From the NCBI GenBank assembly GCA_944358855.1, contig CALVSC010000001.1, positions 2,385-66,384 of the forward strand: a stretch of 64,000 bases of DNA, in the 5' to 3' direction. A program made the position numbers and the translations under genes. The first letter of the stretch is position 1. Each line of letters starts with the position of its first letter. Under the pieces are notes generated by a model. It ran no database searches, was not told the DNA's origin, and saw nothing but the letters and a program-made list of their open reading frames with translations. Below, one piece after another: positions 40,428 to 48,520 of the stretch. The DNA is from an uncultured Bacilli bacterium (GTDB lineage Bacteria > Bacillota_I > Bacilli_A > RF39 > UBA660).

Positions 40428-40916
40428 ATGAACTGTTCTAAAAAAGAAGTTGATGACTTTTTTGGTTGCTTGTTCCAGTATGACGATAGATTAAAAAGTG
40501 TTTTTTTCGGTTCGTTGCTTGATAATAAGACTCCTCAAGAAGGAGTTGACGATGCTTTGAAGTATCTTTCTAGTATTGGTGTACAAATTAGAAGACCTGC
40601 AATTTTAACTGTTGTAGATAATCGTGTTTATAATATTTGTAATCAGCGTTTTGTTGACCTTGGACGAGAAATGATAATTTGTTATGATAATTTAACTAAT
40701 TATTATGATGAATCTAATGCTAGATTAAGATATTTTTCTTATGATGAAAATAAAGAATTAAGTGAAGCTACTGTTTTATTGGTTGTTGATGATCCTGAAA
40801 TTATTTATGCCTGGGAAGACACTCATGTTAGTCAAGAAGAAAGCTCTGATCTAAGTAAGGCTTTTCTTGATCAGTTTAGAGGTAAAACATATACTTTATC
40901 TAACAAAAATCAATAG
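40428..40916 (+). CDS. hypothetical 162-aa protein
   Basis: Clean ORF with an AAGGAGGG RBS. A TGaTACAAT -10-like element lies ~25 nt upstream. Confidence 0.5.
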   Translation: MNCSKKEVDDFFGCLFQYDDRLKSVFFGSLLDNKTPQEGVDDALKYLSSIGVQIRRPAILTVVDNRVYNICNQRFVDLGREMIICYDNLTNYYDESNARLRYFSYDENKELSEATVLLVVDDPEIIYAWEDTHVSQEESSDLSKAFLDQFRGKTYTLSNKNQ

Positions 40917-40923
40917 TTATTTG

Positions 40924-40956
40924 TTAAAAGGACACATATGTGCCCTTTTATTTTGT
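40924..40956. terminator. bidirectional intrinsic terminator between convergent genes
   Basis: ggacacat/atgtgccc near-palindrome flanked by A4 and T4aT4. Confidence 0.45.
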
Positions 40957-40987
40957 TAATAATCTTTTAATAGTTTTTAATTATTTT

Positions 40988-42478
40988 TTATTTATGAATA
41001 TTAGAATTAGATTGTTTGGAAAAATGAAGCTTTGATAATAATTCACTAGTTATTTCTTCTGGGGATTTCTCTTTGGTATATTGAGTGATGGTCTTTAAAG
41101 CGTAATTACAATGACTAGAAAGAAAATGTCTATTATCTCTTTCTTGATTACTACCCTCTTCTATTTTTTTTCTTTGGTTTAGAATTGTTAGCGATTCTTC
41201 TTTATCTGTACTAGGCATTAATAAAACTACATTATGAAATTGTTGTATTAATTGTTGTATTTCTAAAAACATAATAGGATTTTCGTAGATAGAATGTCCT
41301 GCTCCAAAATCTATAATGGTGGGTTCTGATAAATTGGTTAATACGGATCCAGTTAAGAAAAATTCAAATTCTTTATTGTTTTTAAAGTTTTTGCGTTGTT
41401 GATATAGATATGATAGCTGTTTTCTATTGTCTAATGAGATTTTTGGCATATCTAATGTACTGGCTAGATGGTTAGAAATTGTTGATTTACCTGCACCCAG
41501 GGGGCCAATTAAAATAATGGAGTTATTTAGAACATCGTCACTTACTTGTTTATTTACAAGGCTTTCCATTTTTCTAATTGTTGTATATATGTCATAAATA
41601 TCTAAGCCAATTTCAATAAAAGATCTATTATCTTGTAGGCATCGCATTTTTTCTGTTTCTATTAATTCTTGTGGAATATTTTTTATGAACTTAGAATAAG
41701 TGTCAAATAAGAATAAAATTTTTTCTTCTTTTGATTTTTGAAATATTTCTAGTTTTTCTTGTAGTATAGAAGAAAACTCTGGATAATATTTTAGATATTG
41801 CGTTAATGCAGAACTTATAAATTGTTCTTTTGATGGATCTAACATTTGAAGGATAATAAACTTATCAAATATAGTAATTAGGTCTTCTTGACTGAAAGGA
41901 ATAAAGTTTGGATCTTTGGTACAAGCAAGTAAATTTACTTTTTCTAATAGGTTGGGATGTAAGAATAATAGTCTTTCAAATGTTTCATGAGTAAGGGGTC
42001 CTTTTTCTCTATTTGCTTGTCTTACTTCTGTTTCTATTAAATCCGTATCATCTAATGGGATATTTGCTGGTCTGTTAGGATAATGGTAGATTTTAATGAG
42101 TCCTTCTTCTTGGAGTTGTTTTATTTTTTGATAGACGTTTTCTATTTCTTCTTCTCTGATAATGTCTACATCTTTTTTTGAAACCACTTCAACAAAGCCA
42201 GTTTTAATATCTTGAAAACTATCACTACTTAAAGTATAAATAGATGCACTATTATTAAACATTGTTTCTAACCCTCTAGGTATTCGTTCTACTAGTTGCC
42301 ATGGTTGGTCAGAGGTTGTTTTAAATAATGAATAAGTCATATCATCTCCTGCCCTACCTGCAAAGATAATAGCTAGTTCTTTATGAGGTGTTGCGTAAAC
42401 ATAATTTCCATGGGTTGATTTATGAGGTTCTAGTTTCTTGATTCCACTTTTTGCACTTCCATGATATAAATATTCCAT
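40988..42478 (-). CDS. fusion protein: N-terminal Arr/KptA-like ADP-ribosyltransferase-fold domain + C-terminal P-loop small-molecule-kinase-like domain
   Basis: N-terminus LYHGSAKSGIKKL...HGNYVYATPHKELAIIFAG...SASIYTLSSDSFQDI matches the H/aromatic/acidic core of rifampin ADP-ribosyltransferase (Arr) and the Tpt1/KptA NAD-binding lobe. The C-terminus has Walker A IILIGPLGAGKSTIS and hhhhD IIDFGAG. Confidence 0.5.
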   Translation of the reverse strand: MEYLYHGSAKSGIKKLEPHKSTHGNYVYATPHKELAIIFAGRAGDDMTYSLFKTTSDQPWQLVERIPRGLETMFNNSASIYTLSSDSFQDIKTGFVEVVSKKDVDIIREEEIENVYQKIKQLQEEGLIKIYHYPNRPANIPLDDTDLIETEVRQANREKGPLTHETFERLLFLHPNLLEKVNLLACTKDPNFIPFSQEDLITIFDKFIILQMLDPSKEQFISSALTQYLKYYPEFSSILQEKLEIFQKSKEEKILFLFDTYSKFIKNIPQELIETEKMRCLQDNRSFIEIGLDIYDIYTTIRKMESLVNKQVSDDVLNNSIILIGPLGAGKSTISNHLASTLDMPKISLDNRKQLSYLYQQRKNFKNNKEFEFFLTGSVLTNLSEPTIIDFGAGHSIYENPIMFLEIQQLIQQFHNVVLLMPSTDKEESLTILNQRKKIEEGSNQERDNRHFLSSHCNYALKTITQYTKEKSPEEITSELLSKLHFSKQSNSNIHK

Positions 42479-42639
42479 TTTATCACCTACTTTATTACTT
42501 TTATGAGAATTATGTTTTTTAATATATTTACATTTTATTTGCTTGAACCTATTTCTATAAATACTATATCATAAGTAAATACTTTGGCAAATATTTTTAG
42601 TGTGCTTTTGCTTTTATACTAAAAAATTGGTAAAATAAG

Positions 42640-43626
42640 ATGAGAATTATTCTTGGAGAAATACTTTGGTGGTGTTGTAAAATGGATAATTTAGTTTCTA
42701 AAATCAATTTTTTTAGTAATAATGCATTATTTGAGGAAATAAAGGATAGCAATTCTGGAGCTATATTAAAAAAAGTTACAGATAATAATCAAACTTATTT
42801 TTTGAAGATTGTTTTTAAAGAAAATGTAGATGTTGTTAAAATAAAAAAAATAATAGAAATTTATGAAAAATATAATATCAATACTATTAAACTACTTGAT
42901 TATGGATATATCGATAATCAAGTATATTTAATTTATAATTTTATAGATGGCAAAGCTTTAAATACAGTCTATGATCAATATAGTCCAAATGATTATTATC
43001 ATATGGGTTTTAATATTGGTGATGGTTATCGAAAAATTAATTCAACACTTGAGTTTAACAATTATTTTATTAATGATTACAATATAAATGACTTAGTAAA
43101 TTACTATATAAAGTCTTTTCAACAATTGTATAATGGAAAACTATCTTATATAAAAGATATAATTTCAGAAGAAAAAATGAATGATATAATAAAAAGAATG
43201 AAAAGCCTTATTTCTTCCTTTGATAATGAAAAAAAAGTGTATATTCACGCAGATATGCACCCTAAAAATATAATGATTGATTGTAATCATAACTTATATG
43301 TAATTGATATTGAGTCTTTTTGCATTGATTATTTTATCATGAATGTAAGATGGTCTATCGCTGCTGCTTTTAAAAATAAAGAAAATAATGAATTCTTTAA
43401 AGGTTTTGTTAATGGTTATTATAATAATAATATTCCATTAAATTTTAATAAACAATTAATACTTATTTTAATATTTAATTTTATGGAACATACTATTGAA
43501 TTCAGTAAAACGAAAGATAAAGATTTTATTGTCAATTACGTTTCCCGGATAAATAAGATATTTAATAGTATCGATTTGTTTCAGGATGATAATATTTTAG
43601 AGAAGACAACTATATTTGATTCTTAA
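42640..43626 (+). CDS. aminoglycoside-phosphotransferase (APH)/choline-kinase-fold kinase
   Basis: Catalytic loop IHADMHPKNIMID and Mg-binding YVIDIE, plus an N-lobe K (YFLKIVFK). The true start may be the ATG at 42682. Confidence 0.65.
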   Translation: MRIILGEILWWCCKMDNLVSKINFFSNNALFEEIKDSNSGAILKKVTDNNQTYFLKIVFKENVDVVKIKKIIEIYEKYNINTIKLLDYGYIDNQVYLIYNFIDGKALNTVYDQYSPNDYYHMGFNIGDGYRKINSTLEFNNYFINDYNINDLVNYYIKSFQQLYNGKLSYIKDIISEEKMNDIIKRMKSLISSFDNEKKVYIHADMHPKNIMIDCNHNLYVIDIESFCIDYFIMNVRWSIAAAFKNKENNEFFKGFVNGYYNNNIPLNFNKQLILILIFNFMEHTIEFSKTKDKDFIVNYVSRINKIFNSIDLFQDDNILEKTTIFDS

Positions 43627-43645
43627 TTTTTATCTCATAAGGGTT

Positions 43646-44728
43646 TTATTGAATGTTTTTTAAAAATTTGTTTATACTATGATACCATTTAAACATACCT
43701 AATTTTCTTTCTGCATATTTTTGAAATTCTGCTTCGCTATAATTTTTATTAATACTTTTCCATCTTTTTAAAACTCTTTTATAACAAGTTTCTATACTTG
43801 TTCTCATTACTATGATTTGTCCTTTTAATATAGAATAATCCTTTATATTTCTATATTGTGCGGAATCAATAATTATGATTTTATTACTATTTTTAAAATA
43901 TTCTAAAACTTTTAGATAGAATTCATCAAAATTAGTAAACAAATAATCCTTTGGTGTATCTTTAAATATTTCTCGTAATTGAACACACTCTTTATTATTG
44001 GATGGTTTATTACTAAAAACAATATCCGTATCTATTACAATATAATTATCATCATTTATATACTTTTTACTATAATATGATTTTCCACTACCAGATTCAC
44101 CTGTAATATTTATAATTTTGTCTTTAGTTATAGACTTTATATATGGTTTTTTATCTATAAATCTGCTTATCAATAAATCAGACTTTATTTCATATAAATA
44201 GGTTTCAATTTCTTCTACTAGATTATTTTCTTCTTTTTTATTGCTTTTGTTTCCATGCAATATAAAATCATTCCATTCTTCTAATGCTGTATCAATATTT
44301 TCTTTTTTTATTTTATCTTTTAGTATTTGATATGCTGTTTTTTGATAGTTCATAATACTTACTACAGCTAATGTTTTATAATATGATTTTTCTGGTATTT
44401 TCGAAATTTTGTAATAATGAAGAGCTGATTCGTCATTTACTTTTTTGGGATTACTTATCATTATTTTATTTGTTCTATATATTGTTGTGGCACCCTCTAA
44501 TTTAATATTTTCAGCATCTTCAGGTATTGTAACATCATAAATTGTATCTCCTCGATGTAACCATCTTACTATGCAGTCCTCACTACAATAATTAAAACCT
44601 CCGAAGTCTTTAGCTGTTGTAGCGTTGGGCTTCCAATTGGTTGCGATATTTACTTCATTAATTTTATATTGATAATTTGCTTTGGCTCCTGAAGTAGTGC
44701 CATACAAAACTTTTACATATTTTTTCAT
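43646..44728 (-). CDS. paralogous fusion: degenerate Arr-like ART-fold domain (His lost) + P-loop kinase-like domain
   Basis: N-terminus VLYGTTSGAKAN...TIYDVTIPEDAEN parallels Arr FYHGTKANL...YIYIVEPTGPFEDD but lacks the His. C-terminus has Walker A ITGESGSGKS and IIIDSAQ. Confidence 0.4.
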   Translation of the reverse strand: MKKYVKVLYGTTSGAKANYQYKINEVNIATNWKPNATTAKDFGGFNYCSEDCIVRWLHRGDTIYDVTIPEDAENIKLEGATTIYRTNKIMISNPKKVNDESALHYYKISKIPEKSYYKTLAVVSIMNYQKTAYQILKDKIKKENIDTALEEWNDFILHGNKSNKKEENNLVEEIETYLYEIKSDLLISRFIDKKPYIKSITKDKIINITGESGSGKSYYSKKYINDDNYIVIDTDIVFSNKPSNNKECVQLREIFKDTPKDYLFTNFDEFYLKVLEYFKNSNKIIIIDSAQYRNIKDYSILKGQIIVMRTSIETCYKRVLKRWKSINKNYSEAEFQKYAERKLGMFKWYHSINKFLKNIQ

Positions 44729-44761
44729 TTTTATATCCTCTATTCTTTTTTATTAAATATA

Positions 44762-45274
44762 TTAATTATTAAGTTTTTGCAAAAGTTCTTTAATAAATGT
44801 AATTTCTTTTTCATTACATTTTTCTTTTTGTACGATGATAATTTCATGTTTTGTTTTTATATAAAAATTATTTTCTGTTTCGGTTATTTTTTTGATTTTT
44901 GTATATTCTATTTTTTTAATTATATGCTCGGTTTCTTCTATTAAGTAATTGTCATAAAAATTTATAGTGACTTTTTTATCTAATTCACCATCTTTGCAAT
45001 AATCATTATATTGTTTTTTTATAGTTTTCCGATAAGAAATCCTATAATAGATACCACATCCAATGGTTACAGCAAATTCCCAAAAAGCAACGTCTATTAA
45101 TGTACTTTGAAGAATAATACCAGCTAGGGTTGTTACTATAAATATTAAAGCACTAGTAATTATTGTTAAACTAAAACAATATTTATTAACTAATTGCAAT
45201 GAAAAACGATAATACTCTTCAAAATCTAATTCCGTAGTAGTAGAAAATATCTTGTCATTTTTAATGTAATTCAT
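44762..45274 (-). CDS. YcxB-like membrane protein (two TM helices + PH-like domain)
   Basis: FEEYYRFSLQL...two hydrophobic helices...short C-terminal domain. Pattern recalled for the YcxB-like family. Confidence 0.4.
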   Translation of the reverse strand: MNYIKNDKIFSTTTELDFEEYYRFSLQLVNKYCFSLTIITSALIFIVTTLAGIILQSTLIDVAFWEFAVTIGCGIYYRISYRKTIKKQYNDYCKDGELDKKVTINFYDNYLIEETEHIIKKIEYTKIKKITETENNFYIKTKHEIIIVQKEKCNEKEITFIKELLQKLNN

Positions 45275-45474
45275 AATATCACCTTAATATGCTTTTAAAT
45301 ATAGTATATATTCTATCTTTGTAAATGTAAATGACTAAACTTTTTTTACGAAATCTTATTTATGTTTTAATAAATGAGGTGATTGTATTAAGTAGAATTA
45401 CCCTTCTAATGTATCTGTATTACTTTGTAGTATTAATAAACTAGATGTCCTTTTACTCTATGTTTTCCTTCGTA

Positions 45475-45506
45475 TCAAAAAAATCAATCCTTTTACGGAT
45501 TGATCT
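45475..45506 (-). terminator. intrinsic terminator downstream of the tRNA pair
   Basis: On the - strand: aatcaatccg-taaaa-ggattgatt followed by T7. Confidence 0.5.
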
Positions 45507-45553
45507 CTATTTAAAGTGCTTTTCTTTTGGAAAAGTTCAACTGGATTTTCTAA

Positions 45554-45627
45554 TGGTGCCGAAAGACAGAATTGAACTGTCCGCTGATCCTTACCAAGGA
45601 TCTGTTTTACCACTAAACTATATCGGC
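45554..45627 (-). tRNA. tRNA-Thr (anticodon GGU)
   Basis: Hand-folded cloverleaf GCCGATA-TA-GTTT-AGTGGTA-AAAC-A-GATCC-TTGGTAA-GGATC-AGCG-GACAG-TTCAATT-CTGTC-TTTCGGC-A-CCA. There is one U-U mismatch in the acceptor stem. Confidence 0.7.
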
Positions 45628-45638
45628 GTTTTTATTAT

Positions 45639-45713
45639 TGGTGTTCGAGACGGGAATCGAACCCATATCTTCTCCGTCGGAGGAAGAAATTCTATCCGTT
45701 AAACTACTCGAAC
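45639..45713 (-). tRNA. tRNA-Arg (anticodon CCG)
   Basis: GTTCGAG-TA-GTTT-AACGGATA-GAAT-T-TCTTC-CTCCGAC-GGAGA-AGAT-ATGGG-TTCGATT-CCCGT-CTCGAAC-A-CCA. The acceptor stem is perfect. GU pairs occur in the D and anticodon stems. Confidence 0.65.
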
Positions 45714-45755
45714 AACTATATACATTATATAATTTTAAAAATAAAAACACAAGAA

Positions 45756-46631
45756 TTATTTTCTTGTGTATACTTTTCTACTTTCGTTTCTTTGAGCTAT
45801 GATTTGGTGTTTTCTGTTTTCTGCTTGGCCAATTTGTGTAATAGCATCTTGATTGGAAATTCTTCCTTCTGAAAGTAATAACCATGTTTGACTAGAGATT
45901 ACTTCTTGTTCTGCAAGTTGAACTCTATCATAGGCTTCTTGCCATCTTTCGTCTTGTCTTTGTTCGGTAGGAGAAACGTTTGTTCTATTTAACCTATTTT
46001 CTATTTCTTCTTTTTTTGTTCTTTCTTCTCTTAGTGCTCTTTTCGCAAAAACATAGCTTTTTCTTCTAGCTTCTGTTCTGATAATATCTTGTAGGTCATC
46101 ATCCGTTATTAGTCCTTGTGCATGTGCTTCTTTACTATTTGTAAGGGTTCTTTCTATTTGTTCTAAATCTTGTTCTGTTTTTACTTCGTTATGTATTCTA
46201 TCAAGTTTAATTTTTGAGTTTAATAAACTTATAAAACCAGGAGTTTGTTCTTGATGTTTATTACGTCCTTTTATAATTGTTTTTCTAATTAGTTTTCTTT
46301 CTTCTTCGATTACATCTAATTGTACTTTTCTAAGTAATGGTACTATTTTGGCATTTATATTATATTGTCTTACTCTTTTAATGACAGAGTTTAATGCTGT
46401 TAAAGTGGATGGTGTTACTAGTTGGATTCTTGTTTTTTGTTCTAGAGCTGATAAAACAGTACTTCTATTTGCTACATAATGATTGGTATATACTTCTAAG
46501 GCTGCTTTATATATAGCTTTTGTTTTTCCATCTAAGGTATCATAGCTATCGCTTATACTTATGATTTCTTCTGGTTGTAATTCTGTGATGTTATATAATT
46601 TTTTTATTTGTTCTAATAATTTGTCTTTCAT
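45756..46631 (-). CDS. member C of the tandem paralogous family
   Basis: C-terminal ...VQLAEQEVISSQTWLLLSEGRISNQDAITQIGQAE matches the family module. The N-terminal L..YNI..L.PEEI pattern is also shared. Confidence 0.5.
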   Translation of the reverse strand: MKDKLLEQIKKLYNITELQPEEIISISDSYDTLDGKTKAIYKAALEVYTNHYVANRSTVLSALEQKTRIQLVTPSTLTALNSVIKRVRQYNINAKIVPLLRKVQLDVIEEERKLIRKTIIKGRNKHQEQTPGFISLLNSKIKLDRIHNEVKTEQDLEQIERTLTNSKEAHAQGLITDDDLQDIIRTEARRKSYVFAKRALREERTKKEEIENRLNRTNVSPTEQRQDERWQEAYDRVQLAEQEVISSQTWLLLSEGRISNQDAITQIGQAENRKHQIIAQRNESRKVYTRK

Positions 46632-47548
46632 CTATATTCCCCCTCAACTTTGTGCTTGGTATATTCTATTGTTTTTTCATCTGTTGTTGTTTCTATTTTA
46701 AATTGATGTAATAAAGATTCCCCTATTAATTCTTGTGCATCATCATCACTTAACTCCCCTATTGCTACTTGATATTTAGCATATTGAATATTTACTTCTT
46801 CTTGTTGCCATGTAATCATACTTTCGTAAGACTTTAATTCTATTTGTTCTTCATCTGATAGTTTTATTCCTTGTAGTTCTTTTCTACCTTTTTTTAAATA
46901 TAAATCGTTTTGTTCCGATTGTAGATAAGTATAGTAGATAGATGCTGCGATATATTGTGAATAAAGGGTTACTTCTTTTTTCCTTTTTTCGTATTCTGCT
47001 GGTGATATTTTGCCATTATCAAATTCCTTTTCATTTATTGTGTCTTGCATATCAATAATCTCTGTTTGTCTTTGGAGATTTATTATAACCATTTCATATC
47101 CTATTTTATTATAGGCATATGCAAGAGCTAGTTTAACATATGGGTTTTCGGGATTTTGATTTTTTAATTCTTGTATCTTTTTTTGTTCTTCTCTTAGGGC
47201 ATATCTTACAACTCCTCGTAAATATGCAGTTAGAGATTCTACTTTGTATGTTTGACCTAAATAGTCATAGATATCATTTAAATTAAATACGATTTCTGGC
47301 GTGATTGGATTTACTTCAAATACATCTAAATTTGTTTCACTTTCTACATTAAATGGTGAATTAGTAGCAATATATCTATCTACATAATCTTTTAGTCTTT
47401 GTTCTAGATTTTTTCTTTCTTTTTTTGATGTTGAAAAAAATATAGTGCTTAGTTCATCAATTTCATCGTCTGTTATTGGATCTTTAGATAAGGCAATTGT
47501 AAATAAGTCGTATAGACTTTTCTTGGTTTTGTCCATATTATTTATCAT
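46628..47548 (-). CDS. member D of the tandem paralogous family
   Basis: C-terminal WQQEEVNIQYAKYQVAIGELSDDDAQELIGESLL. Its stop overlaps the next gene's start as ATGA. Confidence 0.5.
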   Translation of the reverse strand: MINNMDKTKKSLYDLFTIALSKDPITDDEIDELSTIFFSTSKKERKNLEQRLKDYVDRYIATNSPFNVESETNLDVFEVNPITPEIVFNLNDIYDYLGQTYKVESLTAYLRGVVRYALREEQKKIQELKNQNPENPYVKLALAYAYNKIGYEMVIINLQRQTEIIDMQDTINEKEFDNGKISPAEYEKRKKEVTLYSQYIAASIYYTYLQSEQNDLYLKKGRKELQGIKLSDEEQIELKSYESMITWQQEEVNIQYAKYQVAIGELSDDDAQELIGESLLHQFKIETTTDEKTIEYTKHKVEGEYR

Positions 47549-48434
47549 TCCTTGGTGTTTTTTGATATGTTTTTGGTGTAGGGTTTGGTGTTAGTGCTTT
47601 ATTTTGAATTTCATTACATTGCTCTTCTGATATAATTCCGTTTAAATAATCACAGTATGCTGATTGACATAGTATCGTTCTATTACAATAATCAAGATCT
47701 TTATGCATTTGTTCAATATCGTCTTCTGAAAATGGTTTATCTCTTCCAGTTGATGCACTCATTTCATTTAAAAAGATAGCACGATTATAATTTGTTCTTA
47801 AACTGATTCTTTCTTTTTCTGATAACAGTCTAGTCCTTTCAGCGTTTAATATTTTTACTTCTTTATGATATTCCGCAGCTTCTAAAGAGCGTGTTGTGAA
47901 TCCTTGTTCTAGCTTTTGTTTAGTACCTTCTATTATATATATTCTTGTGTTTATTACTTCTGTATCTAAATCAGATGATAAAGAAAGATCATCTAAAGCA
48001 AGCATTACATAATAATCTGGATAAGTTAGTAAATCTTTTCCTAAAGATTTTCTTCTTTTCTTAATCGTATCTAATTCTTCTTTCATAGCTCTTTGTTTTA
48101 GTGAACTAACTAATAAGTAAACATCCTCACCTGGATGATAATAGTCTAATAAGGTGTCTAGGTTTTTACATATTTTTTTAGATGGAAGATCTTCTTTTAT
48201 AGCTGGCATATAAAATCTATCTTGACCGTTTTCATCACTATAAATACTTTCACTAGCAACTCTTTTTTGTATTACTTGTTCTAATTCAGACATCATTTTT
48301 TGTTTATGAAATACTCTTATTTTAGCAGGTAGTTTTTGATGGGTTAACATAAACTTATAAATTTCTTCAGGGTTTTTCATTGTCATGATGTTTGATAGAT
48401 AAAAAATAATATCATCTTTTTGCATTCTCTTCAC
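47538..48434 (-). CDS. member E of the tandem paralogous family (divergent)
   Basis: C-terminal YLNGIISEEQCNEIQNKAL, with a family-like N-terminus. Overlaps D by 11 nt. Confidence 0.45.
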   Translation of the reverse strand: MKRMQKDDIIFYLSNIMTMKNPEEIYKFMLTHQKLPAKIRVFHKQKMMSELEQVIQKRVASESIYSDENGQDRFYMPAIKEDLPSKKICKNLDTLLDYYHPGEDVYLLVSSLKQRAMKEELDTIKKRRKSLGKDLLTYPDYYVMLALDDLSLSSDLDTEVINTRIYIIEGTKQKLEQGFTTRSLEAAEYHKEVKILNAERTRLLSEKERISLRTNYNRAIFLNEMSASTGRDKPFSEDDIEQMHKDLDYCNRTILCQSAYCDYLNGIISEEQCNEIQNKALTPNPTPKTYQKTPRNDK

Positions 48435-48520
48435 CTCTATTTTTCCATAAATAAAAGTCTTTATTCAAGACTTTACTAATTCATGATACGCTTATATTTT
48501 AACGTTCTTTTCTTATTTTG

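Noticed and set aside
45445-45702. 85-aa + strand ORF from the six-frame track
   Set aside because: It lies exactly over two well-folded tRNA genes (Thr-GGU, Arg-CCG) on the opposite strand. It has no RBS and its composition is not protein-like.
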